DNA from: Bacteroidales bacterium
GTDB lineage: Bacteria; Bacteroidota; Bacteroidia; Bacteroidales; F082
DNA length: 64,000 nt
Direction: 5' to 3'
NCBI GenBank assembly: GCA_963676635.1
Contig: OY781105.1
Coordinates: 4,173,138-4,237,137 of the forward strand
Part shown: piece by piece, positions 29,075-39,653 of the stretch
How positions within the stretch are numbered: the stretch's first letter is position 1
How the letters are laid out: each line of letters opens with the position of its first letter
The notes under the pieces: generated by a model
Seen by the model: only the letters and a program-made list of their open reading frames with translations
What the model was told of the DNA's origin: nothing
Database searches by the model: none
Translations under genes and position numbers: made by a program

Positions 29075-32000
29075 TTACCTAACCAACATAATAGTCCCGC
29101 TAGTCCCGGTATTACCATCACCATTGTCAGTACCTCTCCAGTGACTACCATCTTCGAATACTGCCTCGATTCTCCAGATATAGCTACCCGTTGGCAGTGG
29201 CTCTCCTTCGTAGGTGCCATCCCATCCTTCGGAAGGTACTCCGTCGATAAGCTCTGTTGTCTCGAATACAAGGTTGCCCCATGCGCTGTAAACTTCCAGC
29301 TTGTAGCTACTGAGATTAATACCCACTGGCTTGAATGTCTGCAAGTCGGTAATCGGTGATGAAGGTACAAATGTATTTGGTACAAACAGGTTGGTGAACA
29401 ACAGATCATAAACCTGGTATGTAGTATCCGGACAACCTTGCTGGTTCCAGCTTACAAGCATTACTGTATAATTACCATCTTCTTCGTATTGGAAGATAGG
29501 GTTGATATCGTTGGATGTCCATATACCCTGGTTGTAATCGAAGTCCCATTCGTAGTCAACCGGATTATTAGTACTTAAGTTATCAAAGTAAACCTGTCCC
29601 TGGCGATTAGTGTCGATCATCACAAATTCAGAGATTGGTTTAGGCATTATCTCAACAGTTGTGGTAGCTGTATCCATACACAGATGTTCATCGGTGATAA
29701 TCATCTCTACTGTGTACATCCCTGCACTGTCGTAAATATACTGTGGTGCCTGGATAATGGCTGTGTCTGCCGGTGCTTTGAGTGTGTCGCCAAAGTTCCA
29801 GAACCAGCCAGCTATTACAGCACTGTCGGCTATGGATGTTTCTTCAAACTGTGTATAGTAGCTCATACATGTGTTCTGGTATGTGAACTGTGCTTCTGGC
29901 AGCTTGTAGATGGTTATGGTGTCTTTTGTTGAATCGGCGCACATAAACCTGTTTTGTACAAACAGACTAACAGGATAGTCCTCAAATGTCGGATATACAT
30001 ACTTTGGTGCCTGGATAATGGCTGTGTCTGCCTCTGTTGTTGGATCACCAAAGTTCCATAGCCTGTATGTGGTAGGTTCATCAAAGATAGTGCTGTTATC
30101 GCTGAAGTATGTTGTATCTCTCTGGCAGTTGTTTTCAAGACCAATCATTGGCAATGGAGTAGGATGTACTTCGAACTCTACCATGGTTGTTGTTGTGTAG
30201 CTGTTGGTGTCAATACCGGCTGTAATGGTCAGACTTAGTTCATATGTGCCTGCGTCAGCATAGGTATGCCATACAGTGTCTGTGAACACATCGTATGTTT
30301 CTGTGGTGCCATCACCGAAGTCCCACAGCCATGTACCTATCATACCGTTATTGCTTGCAAGGAATGATGTGTCAACAAAGAACAACTCATTTCTTGCACA
30401 AACAGGTTCATCAGGTACTTTGAACCCTGCTGTTATACATGGAGCTACATATACTTCCTGAACAACTGTGTCAATACACCCATTGTAGTTGGTTACAATA
30501 AGCTGCACAAGGTAGGTTGAATCATTTGGTCCGTATAAGTGGTTAGGGTTCCAAACAGAATCGTAATTACTGGTTGAAGTAGTATCACCAAAGTCCCAGT
30601 ACCAGCTTTCAATAAACTCACCACCGCTGTATGTCACACCTTCGAAGTAAGTAGGTATCTCACAGCCACCGATGGTATTGGTAAAGCTTGCCACAGGCAG
30701 TGAATCGATTGTTATCTCTGAGGTGTATACTGCCTGGCAGTCGTTGGTGTCTGTTGCTATTAATTCAACAACATAGATACCTGGTGCAGGGAATATATGA
30801 CTAATTGTATCATGGTAAGTAAGCTCAGTCTGGCTGCCATCATGGAAGTTCCACAGGTAGTTGGCCACTGAATCATTTTCCGGACCATAGAAAGCCTGGA
30901 ACTCTGTAGGCTGTCCTAAGCATACATCTGTTGCTTCGAAGGATGTCTCTATTGCTCCGAATACACATACTTCCATTGTATCGGTGGCACTACAGCCGTT
31001 GTTGTTAAAGGCTGTAAGTGTTACCTGGTAGCAGGTGTCTGTTATCTCATAGATATAACTTGGATCTACTTCGTCAGAGTAGTAACCATCGTCCAGATGC
31101 CATTCGTAGCCGGTAATCGGACTATTATCACTTCCCATTACACTTTCATTAAAGAAGTTCACTTGTCCCGGTGGGTCACATGCCTGTGCGAAGTTAAAGG
31201 CTGGTACTGGTACGTCGAATACCTGTACCGGCAATGTTATTGAGTCACTACAGCCTGAGTTATCCCAGACAATAAGTGTTACGTAATAAGTATCATTTGT
31301 TGTATAAGTATGTACAGGATCGGTTTCATCGGATGTGTTACCATCGCCGAAGTCCCAGCTCCAGTTGTTGATATATCCATTATTGGTATAGCTAAAATCA
31401 GTGAATGATGTGCTGTCGCCCAAACATGCATTATCATAGCTGAATAGCGCTTCTGGTGCGTAGTTAACATGTACCTCCTGAGAGGTTGAGTTCTCACAGC
31501 CACTTACATCTGTTACTGTAAGCGTAACGGTGTATGTCCCTGCCTGCTGATATCCATAGCCTGGGTTTTGTTCGATGGATGTACCTCCGTCGCCAAACTG
31601 CCAATACCATGTGGCTATCTCTGAGTTTGAGATACCTGTGAACTGTGCTAAACTACCCAGACAAATAGTATCACTTTCAATGGTAAAGTCCACATCCGGT
31701 AGTGGGGTAATGACTATCTCATGCTCTACTGTATCTGTACAGCCCATAGTATTATGTATTATCAGTGTGACAGTAAATGTGCTGTCGGTGCTGAATACAT
31801 GTGTTGGATTTGGCAGGTTGGATGTATTGTTGGTACCCGATGCCGGATCACCAAAATACCATTCCCACTGGCCTATATCCGGACCACCATTGGTTGAACT
31901 GATATCTGTAAACTGTACGGGCTCGTTTAAGCATCCGGCATTCCAGTTGAAATCAGCTATAGGTGACGATACTATCACTACCTGTTTTGTGACATCATTC

Positions 32001-35000
32001 TCACAACCTTCTGCGTCTGTTACTGTAAGCACTACATCAAAGGTGCCTTCATTGGTATACATATGTTCAACATTAGGATTGTCGGGAGCGTTGATGGTTA
32101 TTTCATTACCATCGCCGAAGTCCCATACCCATGTCTCGATAAGACCATTTGGTGAACTGCTTAGATTAGAGAAATAAACTGTATCGTTAAGACATGATGG
32201 TCCTGTATGTGCGAAGTTAGCCGTAGGCAATGGATTAATATCCACGCTGTGGGTAACTGATGCAAAACAGCCGTCGGTTGTTTCAATGCTAAGTATCACA
32301 TCGAATGTGCCTGCTACCTCGTAAGTATGTGTTGGGTTTTGCAGGTTGGATGTACCTCCGTCGCCAAAGCTCCATGACCATGTGGCTACTTCGCCAACAT
32401 TGGTAACAGACTCATCAACGGTAAACTGTGTCTCTTCTGTTAAGCAGTTGGCTTCCCATGTAAAGTCTACTTCAGGCTCTTCAGACACGGTTACCGTATG
32501 TGATACAGTATCCTCGCAGCCGTTGATATTTGCTACCATAAGCAGTACTGTATAGTCGCCCGGTGCTGAGAACAGGTGTACAGGGTTTTGCAATGTTGAA
32601 GTATTAGAAGCTCCTGATCCGGGATCACCAAAGTCCCACAGCCATGTTACTATCTCACCACCGCCGTTAACAGTACTCTCGTCGGTAAAGCTAACCGGAC
32701 CACTGGCGCAGCCTGAGTTATAATCAAAGAGAGCTATTGGTCCCGGTTCTGTGGTTACCGTGTGCATTGAACTGTTGGAACAGCTGTCGGAATTGGTTAC
32801 AGTAAGTGTTACTGTATAGGTGCTGGCATTGGAGTAAACATGCGTTACATCAGGATCACCACCGAAATAGACAGTAGTATCAGATCCATCGCCAAACTCC
32901 CAGAACCATTCTGTTATATATCCTGTTTGTGTTGTACTATGATCGAAGAACTCAACAGGGTTGTTTGCGCACACCTGCGTGCCTATATTAAATAAGGAGT
33001 TAGGCAGTGGGTTAACAGTAAGTTGTTTTATCACTGTATTTGTTGCTCCCATTGTATCCACTATGCTACAGCTTACATTATAGGTACCAGAAGCAGCATA
33101 GGTGTGGATAGGTTCCATATCATCGCTGGTGCTACCATCACCGAAATCCCAGTCCCAGGAGGTTACTGCTCCAATATCTGTTGGAGGATCAAGGATAGTA
33201 AACTGTATTTGTTCACCCAAACAAGCATAGCTCCATTCGTAATCGAGATCAGGTATGTTTACAACCGTTACAAGGTGAGTAACTGTATTCTCACAGCCTT
33301 CAATATCTGTAACAGTCAGCTCTACATTGAATGTTCCTACTGTTGGGAATACGTGAGCAGGATTTTGATCTGTTGATGTAGTACCATCATGGAAATCCCA
33401 GTTCCAGTCGGTAATAGTATTACCAGAATTGCCATAGAAGTTGGTTGTATTGCCAAGCATAGTAGGCTCAGGATCCCATGTGAAGAACACTGATGGTAAT
33501 CCTGGTGTGTATATTGTCTGGTATGTTGTATCAGAGCAACTGTACCCTGAGCTGTCGGCTGTCACCACAAACATCACATCGTAAGTGCTAATGCCTGTTG
33601 TATAGCTATGAACAGGGTTTTGTAAATCTGATGTGAATCCATCGCCGAAGTCCCAGAAGAACTCAGTAGCAAAGTATCCTGTTGGTATATCACTGTCATC
33701 GAAGAATGCTACGGCAGTACAGCTTTGGTTTGCATAGCTGAAGTCTGCTGTTGGTCCGGGTAGCACCATAATAACATCAGACGCTGTTGAAGAACAGCCT
33801 GTGGAGTCAGTTACTGTTAAGGTTACAGTGTATGTGTTTCCGGAAGGATAATAATGTATCGGGTTTTGCTGATAGGATATTCCACCATCGCCAAACTCCC
33901 AGTACCACTCATCCACATTGGCAGAGCCAGTGGCAGTGAAGTACACAGGACCTCCTTTGCATATTACGCTATCGCTCATAGTAAAGTTTACAGCAGGAGC
34001 TGGCTTAACAATAAGCACTTCTGTAGCGCTGTTAGTACACTGGTTGGTATCTATAATATTAAGAGTAACATTGAAAGTATCTGCGGTTGCATATAAATGC
34101 GAAGTAACAGAGTCATTACTAAAGTTACCATCGCCGAAGTCCCAGTGCCATGTTTCGATTGGGAATCCTGAATGCCCGGAGAAGTAAGTAGTATCTCCGA
34201 AGCATGTAGGGCTTGGATCGATATACTGGAATATATCAGGCAGTGAAGGTACTGTTACCGGCAGTGTGATAGAGTCGGTACAGATAAATCCAAGACTATC
34301 TGCTGATACTATTAGGTTAACCATAAATACTTCACCACCGGGAAGGTTATTGGAAGGATACCTGTGTGATGGGTTTTGCAGTGTATCAGTAGTACCATCG
34401 CCAAAGTCCCATGACCATTCAACAAGATTATATCCCGGTGAGCAAGTACTCAGATCAGTAAACTGGATGCTGTCGCATATGGCAGGAGTGTAAGTAAAGT
34501 CGGCCACAGGCGGCTCTGCTATTACTATCAGCTCTGTGTACGTATTTGTACAGCCATGATCGTCGGTAACAGTAAGAGTGGCGTACATATTACCCCATGT
34601 TGTGTATGTATGGGCAACAGTTTGTCCGGAACCTGTGTCACCATCGCCGAAGTCCCATTCCCATGAGAGAATGTTGGAGTTGGAGGCTCCAACAAAGCTT
34701 ACCTCTGTGTTAACGCAGGCGTTGGCCATACTTAGAGAATATGTTACATCGGGACCCTCAAAGACTCTTATCTGGTGTGTGGCAGAGTCAGAGCATCCGT
34801 TAATATCTGTATAATGATATATAATATTGAAGAAACCTGATGTGTCATATTGATGAACAGGGTTCATATCTGTGGATGTATACCCGTCACCAAATTCCCA
34901 CAGCCAGTTGTTTAGCGTTGCTGTACCTGTTGATGTGAATTCAATGCTTTCTCCATAGCACAATGAGTCGCTGGTATTTATGGTAAAGTCACGATCTATC

Positions 35001-38000
35001 TTAGGACGAACTGTCAGGTTGGTTACTATCACACTATCGCAGCCATACTGGGCTGTGTAGAGAGTATCATAAAAAGTACCTGAATTATATCTCCATGCAC
35101 CCTGTGCAAATACGCTATCATAATGACATATGGTAATATCATGAGGCATCTCATAAGTAGGGCGTATGGTAAGCACCATCTCATCGATACTATCACAATT
35201 GATAACATTGGAAGCTATCATGGTAAGAGTAACAGGACCTATCTCGTTAGTGCCGGGCACATATACTGGTCTTTCAACAGTAGGATCAACGAAATAACCT
35301 GTTCCACTGGTAGACCAGTTAATATTAATATAATTAGTTGCAAACGCAGAGTCTGTAGAGTTATTGAAATCATAAGGATAACCAAAACAGGAGTTCTCAT
35401 CAGAGCCGGCAAAAGCGTATGCCCCGGGTATTACAATAAGGTCAACCCATGAAGTATCGTTATCACAAGGAGGAATACCATAACCTACCATCATCATGGT
35501 AATAGTGTCATTTTGTATAGCACCTTCTGTGGCATCAGGGAAATATGTCGGTGTCAGAAGCGTAGGATCGTCAAAGTATCCCAGCCCGTCTGTGTACCAG
35601 TAAATGGAAGCAAAGTCATCAGCAGTAGGAGGATCTGTGCTTTCAGAATAATCATAATACACATCCTGGCATGTATAACCTGTTGATCCTGCATACACTT
35701 CACATGTTGCGTTTATAATCAGCTGTTGGATCATCTGCTCAGAGCAGACATCAAGAGTGATATCAACAGTATCCGGTGTAGTGTATGTATGATTAACGTC
35801 TATACCCGTAGATGTGGCACCATCACCAAACTGCCAGTCCCATGGAGTGAATGTCACCCTGTCGCCTGTTCCTGTGAAATCCACATTGAAATTCTGGCAA
35901 CTCGGACTCTGGAAGATATTAAAGCCAATATTCACATCCATAGCATAGCGGGTTACTGTTGTTGTGTCGATACAGCCATTGCCGTTGGTGTATATTGATT
36001 GTACTATCATATCACCCTCCTGGGTGTATGTATGAGTAGGTGTTTGCCCTGTGCCTGTATTGCCATCACCAAACTGCCATTGCCAGTCGACAATATCGCC
36101 TGTTATATCTATTGCATCGAAGGTCACCAGTTCACCAACACAAGATGTATCATTAGGAGAAACAGTGAATGATGATTCCGGCAAGGTGTTAACAGTTACT
36201 ATATGACGTGTTGTATCCGTACAAATGTTCAGTGTTACCTCATAAACACCGGAGGCTGAATATATATGTTCTGTATTTTTACCAACAGCTGTTTGTCCGT
36301 CACCGAAATCCCATTCCCAGTCGGAGTGGGTTACATTGTCGCCGGTACCATTGAATACAGCGGTATCACCAAGGCACATCACAAATGAAGGCATAGTGAA
36401 GTCGGTATTCACATCATCAACATAAATGGATTCTGTTAATGTAGTTGAACAACCATATTGGTTTGTCATTGTAAGGTCCACGTTATAATCCAAATCACCT
36501 ACAGTGTAATAATGGGTAGTATTTTGACCATTAGCTGTTTGTCCGTCGCCAAAGTCCCATTCCCAATCTGTGATTACACACGAACTTATTCCCTGGAAAT
36601 CCACTAATTCCAAAACACAGCATGTGTCAACCGGAGTGTAAGTAAAGTTGCCGCTGGGAATAGAATCAACGGTCAATATCATTGTAGAGGTATCATTACC
36701 ACATGGAGGCACTCCATAGGCAACAAGTGATAACTCAACATTACCTAATTCATTTACCTGTGTGTTATATATCGGATGTAATAGTTTATCATTATTAAAG
36801 GAGCCAGTACCAGAAGTAAACCAGCGAATACTATCACAATAGCTTGAATCCGGCAATGATGGGGCAAAGGCGAAGTCATAGGGATCGCCCTGACACATTG
36901 TATCGTTATCACCAGCAAAGGCAGAAGCCTGTGGCAATATAACAGCAGTTTCAAAAACCTGTTTTGAACAAACGCTTAAAGAAACGTTGTAGTTACCGGG
37001 GGAGGAGTACAGGTGAGATGTGTCATGGCCTATGGCAGTTTCTCCATCACCAAAATCCCAAATCCAGTCGGTGTACAGCACGTTATCACCAATACCATCA
37101 AAGTTTGTTGTTATTCCCAGGCAAGAAGGGTTAGGAGTAAGGTCAATTCCAATGGTCGGGTCTGTAACCATTATATCATGGTAAGCAGTGTTTGTACATC
37201 CCTCTGTGTTTGTGAGAGTAAGACTAACGCTTTCAACATTGGAAAATGGTGATGAATATTGATATGTGGGATTTTGTTGTGTGGATGAGCCACCATCGGC
37301 AAAATCCCATTCCCAGGATGTTATTGAAGTCCCACTGTTGTCAGATCCGGAAAAGTCAACAAACTCATTAACACAAACGGTATCATTGGGGGAAATGCCA
37401 ATAGCAGGCAGTGGGTTGGCTGTAATTGTAATAGCCAGCTCAGAAGTAACACCGGAACCACAGCTGTCGTTTGTGCCATAAACTTCGAGATTTCCTGCAG
37501 TTGCAAAATCATTGAAATGCAGAAGTACTTGTGGGTCAGCAGGGTCATCATCCTGTATTGTGCAACCTGAGCCTGTATAGCTCCATGTGTATTCTTCAGT
37601 GTTTAAGTCATTATAAACAGAGATTAATACCGATTGTTCACCAGCGCAATAAGATTGAGGAGGCTGAACAAAAACAAGTGAGTCGGGCTCTCTGCTTTCA
37701 TAAATTGTGACTGGTGCAGTACTAAGAGAAGCGGTGTACCACCATGTGTTAAGAGTATAGTTGTTTCCATCCCACCACGAATGACATCCGCTCCATGGAG
37801 AAATTGAACCTGTACAACCCACGTCAGTATTTGAACCACCTCCAATTTGAGAGTCATCCCAAAAAACAGTCGGTGTTCCTCCCGTAGGTGATACAAGTTC
37901 AACCACGAATCCATTGTTGTTACTCTCCACATCGTATAATGGCAGGTTTGTCAGTCCATTAATATAGGTTACAACAAATGTTATCTCTGTTCCATTTGGC

Positions 38001-39154
38001 ACCGCATTTGGAATTGGTACTGTGCCATCATATCCATCCCATACAATATGGTTAACACCTGCTTCAACATTAGTAACAATTGTTCTGGTTACATAAGATC
38101 CTCCGAAATCAAGTTCAATTTCGGCATTACCGGCTTTGTCGACAACGACTTCAAAGTCAATAGTACCATCAATACAGCTTTTATTCCCGATAACATCTCC
38201 GATAATTGAGCCAAGAGTAGTGGCAGGCGGGAATAATGCCGGGTCGGGTTCATTAAGAAATACGTTGTATTCCGGATTGTATTCTTCGGTATTTGATGAC
38301 ATACGGTCTAACATCCAGTTACCAGTATTGGTAACTCCGGTGGAATTACAGAAGGTAACCCATATTCCTCCATCAACCTGATTTTGAGTAAAAGAAGTTA
38401 CAATGCTGTCAGTGGAATATGCATACATTGTAGCTGAGCAGTAAGGTCCTCCTCCTGTTGGTGCAGAGCCAGATTCATAAAGCTGCCATGCCTTGGAGTA
38501 TAACCTACCCGGGTATTCAACATTTGTTGTTTGATGTGCAACAGTTAAGTCGAACAGGTAAAGATTTATACCCGCATATTCGGGTGTGTGAGTATTATTA
38601 TTTAATGAAGAAAACTCAATGTAGTAAGTACCTGCTTGCCCGGGTGCAAATTCCAGAGCCTCATAGCCACCGGTACCATATATCTGTTCTGGACCATTTC
38701 TGGCACTAGTGATGTTGGGAATATATCCTGTTCCATTTTCAGGTGCAGGTGTTTCTGAGTAAACAATTTGACCATTACTGTTTCTGATTTGAAATACCAT
38801 GTAAATATTAGGAGCAGGTCCCCATCCCGGATTATAAGGTTCCCAGTTAAATCCAAAATATGCTACCTCGTCTGCTGAGGCTATCTCAAAGTACAACCTG
38901 TCAGTTTCAGGACAATCGTATGTTGCAAACTCAGTCCTTTCATTGGTCGAATTATCACAATGAGTTAGTTTATCTGTGCATATAAATAAAAAAGTATTGT
39001 TATTATTTATATAAAGTTCTTTTGACCCTTCAGCAAATGTAACCTTAGGTGTGAAAAAATACATGGCTAATGCTGATATTAACAATAGCTTCATTGAAGA
39101 ATATCTTAAAATGGCCAATATTTTGTGTGTGACAGGAGTGTAAAAACGAACCAT
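29075..39154 (-). CDS. Giant PKD-repeat cell-surface protein (3359 aa) with T9SS type B C-terminal domain, paralog 2
   Basis: Colinear with paralog 1. The C-terminal ~1800 aa are near-identical and the N-terminal part is diverged. It has the same type B CTD. Confidence 0.9.
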   Translation of the reverse strand: MVRFYTPVTHKILAILRYSSMKLLLISALAMYFFTPKVTFAEGSKELYINNNNTFLFICTDKLTHCDNSTNERTEFATYDCPETDRLYFEIASADEVAYFGFNWEPYNPGWGPAPNIYMVFQIRNSNGQIVYSETPAPENGTGYIPNITSARNGPEQIYGTGGYEALEFAPGQAGTYYIEFSSLNNNTHTPEYAGINLYLFDLTVAHQTTNVEYPGRLYSKAWQLYESGSAPTGGGPYCSATMYAYSTDSIVTSFTQNQVDGGIWVTFCNSTGVTNTGNWMLDRMSSNTEEYNPEYNVFLNEPDPALFPPATTLGSIIGDVIGNKSCIDGTIDFEVVVDKAGNAEIELDFGGSYVTRTIVTNVEAGVNHIVWDGYDGTVPIPNAVPNGTEITFVVTYINGLTNLPLYDVESNNNGFVVELVSPTGGTPTVFWDDSQIGGGSNTDVGCTGSISPWSGCHSWWDGNNYTLNTWWYTASLSTAPVTIYESREPDSLVFVQPPQSYCAGEQSVLISVYNDLNTEEYTWSYTGSGCTIQDDDPADPQVLLHFNDFATAGNLEVYGTNDSCGSGVTSELAITITANPLPAIGISPNDTVCVNEFVDFSGSDNSGTSITSWEWDFADGGSSTQQNPTYQYSSPFSNVESVSLTLTNTEGCTNTAYHDIMVTDPTIGIDLTPNPSCLGITTNFDGIGDNVLYTDWIWDFGDGETAIGHDTSHLYSSPGNYNVSLSVCSKQVFETAVILPQASAFAGDNDTMCQGDPYDFAFAPSLPDSSYCDSIRWFTSGTGSFNNDKLLHPIYNTQVNELGNVELSLVAYGVPPCGNDTSTMILTVDSIPSGNFTYTPVDTCCVLELVDFQGISSCVITDWEWDFGDGQTANGQNTTHYYTVGDLDYNVDLTMTNQYGCSTTLTESIYVDDVNTDFTMPSFVMCLGDTAVFNGTGDNVTHSDWEWDFGDGQTAVGKNTEHIYSASGVYEVTLNICTDTTRHIVTVNTLPESSFTVSPNDTSCVGELVTFDAIDITGDIVDWQWQFGDGNTGTGQTPTHTYTQEGDMIVQSIYTNGNGCIDTTTVTRYAMDVNIGFNIFQSPSCQNFNVDFTGTGDRVTFTPWDWQFGDGATSTGIDVNHTYTTPDTVDITLDVCSEQMIQQLIINATCEVYAGSTGYTCQDVYYDYSESTDPPTADDFASIYWYTDGLGYFDDPTLLTPTYFPDATEGAIQNDTITMMMVGYGIPPCDNDTSWVDLIVIPGAYAFAGSDENSCFGYPYDFNNSTDSAFATNYININWSTSGTGYFVDPTVERPVYVPGTNEIGPVTLTMIASNVINCDSIDEMVLTIRPTYEMPHDITICHYDSVFAQGAWRYNSGTFYDTLYTAQYGCDSVIVTNLTVRPKIDRDFTINTSDSLCYGESIEFTSTGTATLNNWLWEFGDGYTSTDMNPVHQYDTSGFFNIIYHYTDINGCSDSATHQIRVFEGPDVTYSLSMANACVNTEVSFVGASNSNILSWEWDFGDGDTGSGQTVAHTYTTWGNMYATLTVTDDHGCTNTYTELIVIAEPPVADFTYTPAICDSIQFTDLSTCSPGYNLVEWSWDFGDGTTDTLQNPSHRYPSNNLPGGEVFMVNLIVSADSLGFICTDSITLPVTVPSLPDIFQYIDPSPTCFGDTTYFSGHSGFPIETWHWDFGDGNFSNDSVTSHLYATADTFNVTLNIIDTNQCTNSATEVLIVKPAPAVNFTMSDSVICKGGPVYFTATGSANVDEWYWEFGDGGISYQQNPIHYYPSGNTYTVTLTVTDSTGCSSTASDVIMVLPGPTADFSYANQSCTAVAFFDDSDIPTGYFATEFFWDFGDGFTSDLQNPVHSYTTGISTYDVMFVVTADSSGYSCSDTTYQTIYTPGLPSVFFTWDPEPTMLGNTTNFYGNSGNTITDWNWDFHDGTTSTDQNPAHVFPTVGTFNVELTVTDIEGCENTVTHLVTVVNIPDLDYEWSYACLGEQIQFTILDPPTDIGAVTSWDWDFGDGSTSDDMEPIHTYAASGTYNVSCSIVDTMGATNTVIKQLTVNPLPNSLFNIGTQVCANNPVEFFDHSTTQTGYITEWFWEFGDGSDTTVYFGGDPDVTHVYSNASTYTVTLTVTNSDSCSNSSMHTVTTEPGPIALFDYNSGCASGPVSFTDESTVNGGGEIVTWLWDFGDPGSGASNTSTLQNPVHLFSAPGDYTVLLMVANINGCEDTVSHTVTVSEEPEVDFTWEANCLTEETQFTVDESVTNVGEVATWSWSFGDGGTSNLQNPTHTYEVAGTFDVILSIETTDGCFASVTHSVDINPLPTANFAHTGPSCLNDTVYFSNLSSSPNGLIETWVWDFGDGNEITINAPDNPNVEHMYTNEGTFDVVLTVTDAEGCENDVTKQVVIVSSPIADFNWNAGCLNEPVQFTDISSTNGGPDIGQWEWYFGDPASGTNNTSNLPNPTHVFSTDSTFTVTLIIHNTMGCTDTVEHEIVITPLPDVDFTIESDTICLGSLAQFTGISNSEIATWYWQFGDGGTSIEQNPGYGYQQAGTYTVTLTVTDVSGCENSTSQEVHVNYAPEALFSYDNACLGDSTSFTDFSYTNNGYINNWSWDFGDGNTSDETDPVHTYTTNDTYYVTLIVWDNSGCSDSITLPVQVFDVPVPAFNFAQACDPPGQVNFFNESVMGSDNSPITGYEWHLDDGYYSDEVDPSYIYEITDTCYQVTLTAFNNNGCSATDTMEVCVFGAIETSFEATDVCLGQPTEFQAFYGPENDSVANYLWNFHDGSQTELTYHDTISHIFPAPGIYVVELIATDTNDCQAVYTSEITIDSLPVASFTNTIGGCEIPTYFEGVTYSGGEFIESWYWDFGDTTSTSNYDSVWNPNHLYGPNDSTYLVQLIVTNYNGCIDTVVQEVYVAPCITAGFKVPDEPVCARNELFFVDTSFLASNNGMIGTWLWDFGDGTTETYDVFTDTVWHTYADAGTYELSLTITAGIDTNSYTTTTMVEFEVHPTPLPMIGLENNCQRDTTYFSDNSTIFDEPTTYRLWNFGDPTTEADTAIIQAPKYVYPTFEDYPVSLFVQNRFMCADSTKDTITIYKLPEAQFTYQNTCMSYYTQFEETSIADSAVIAGWFWNFGDTLKAPADTAIIQAPQYIYDSAGMYTVEMIITDEHLCMDTATTTVEIMPKPISEFVMIDTNRQGQVYFDNLSTNNPVDYEWDFDYNQGIWTSNDINPIFQYEEDGNYTVMLVSWNQQGCPDTTYQVYDLLFTNLFVPNTFVPSSPITDLQTFKPVGINLSSYKLEVYSAWGNLVFETTELIDGVPSEGWDGTYEGEPLPTGSYIWRIEAVFEDGSHWRGTDNGDGNTGTSGTIMLVR

Positions 39155-39653
39155 ATAATTATATTTTACTCAATAATATTATTTCTGTATACTTTAATAA
39201 GTACCATACTTATATCTGACTATAAAAAAATAAAACAGTTGCTTTGCTGGTTTCTTTTTTTTAATAAATCCAACAATCTAACACGCTGTTATAGAATTTA
39301 AAGCAGATTGCTGAAATTTTACAAGCAACAAAACAGTGCACACAGATTTACAATATAGCTGATGTTTAGCTGTTTACTTGTTGTTATTCATAAAATGCTT
39401 ATCTTCCTATGTATTTTTTCGTCTTAATATTTACAATCAGTAAAAATAGGAGTTAAATTGTAAGAATAAAAAAAAATATCAGTATTTACTTAATTTGTAA
39501 TAATTCTAAATAAATTTGTGAAATTCAATAAAACGTAATGTAACGGAAGGTTTAGGTTTAATCGTAATTTGCGCGAGCAACTTATTTATGGTTAACATGG
39601 TCTTATGTAATACTTTATTGAGAAAATAATATTTTATAAAAACGCAAAAAAAA

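Noticed and set aside
12672-34512. Diversity-generating retroelement (template and variable repeat) as an explanation for the near-identical tracts.
   Set aside because: There is no reverse transcriptase ORF in the window. The tract is 6.6 kb rather than ~100-150 bp, and the differences seen are not restricted to adenine positions.
14434-38856. Numerous 60-200-aa ORFs inside or antisense to the two giant adhesin genes (for example 16325-16927 and 31575-32177 at 200 aa, 23039-23434, 17773-18126, 35123-35452).
   Set aside because: They lie entirely within long, well-supported PKD-repeat CDSs on the other strand or frame. They recur at the +15,250 offset only because the DNA is duplicated, and their translations are low-complexity.
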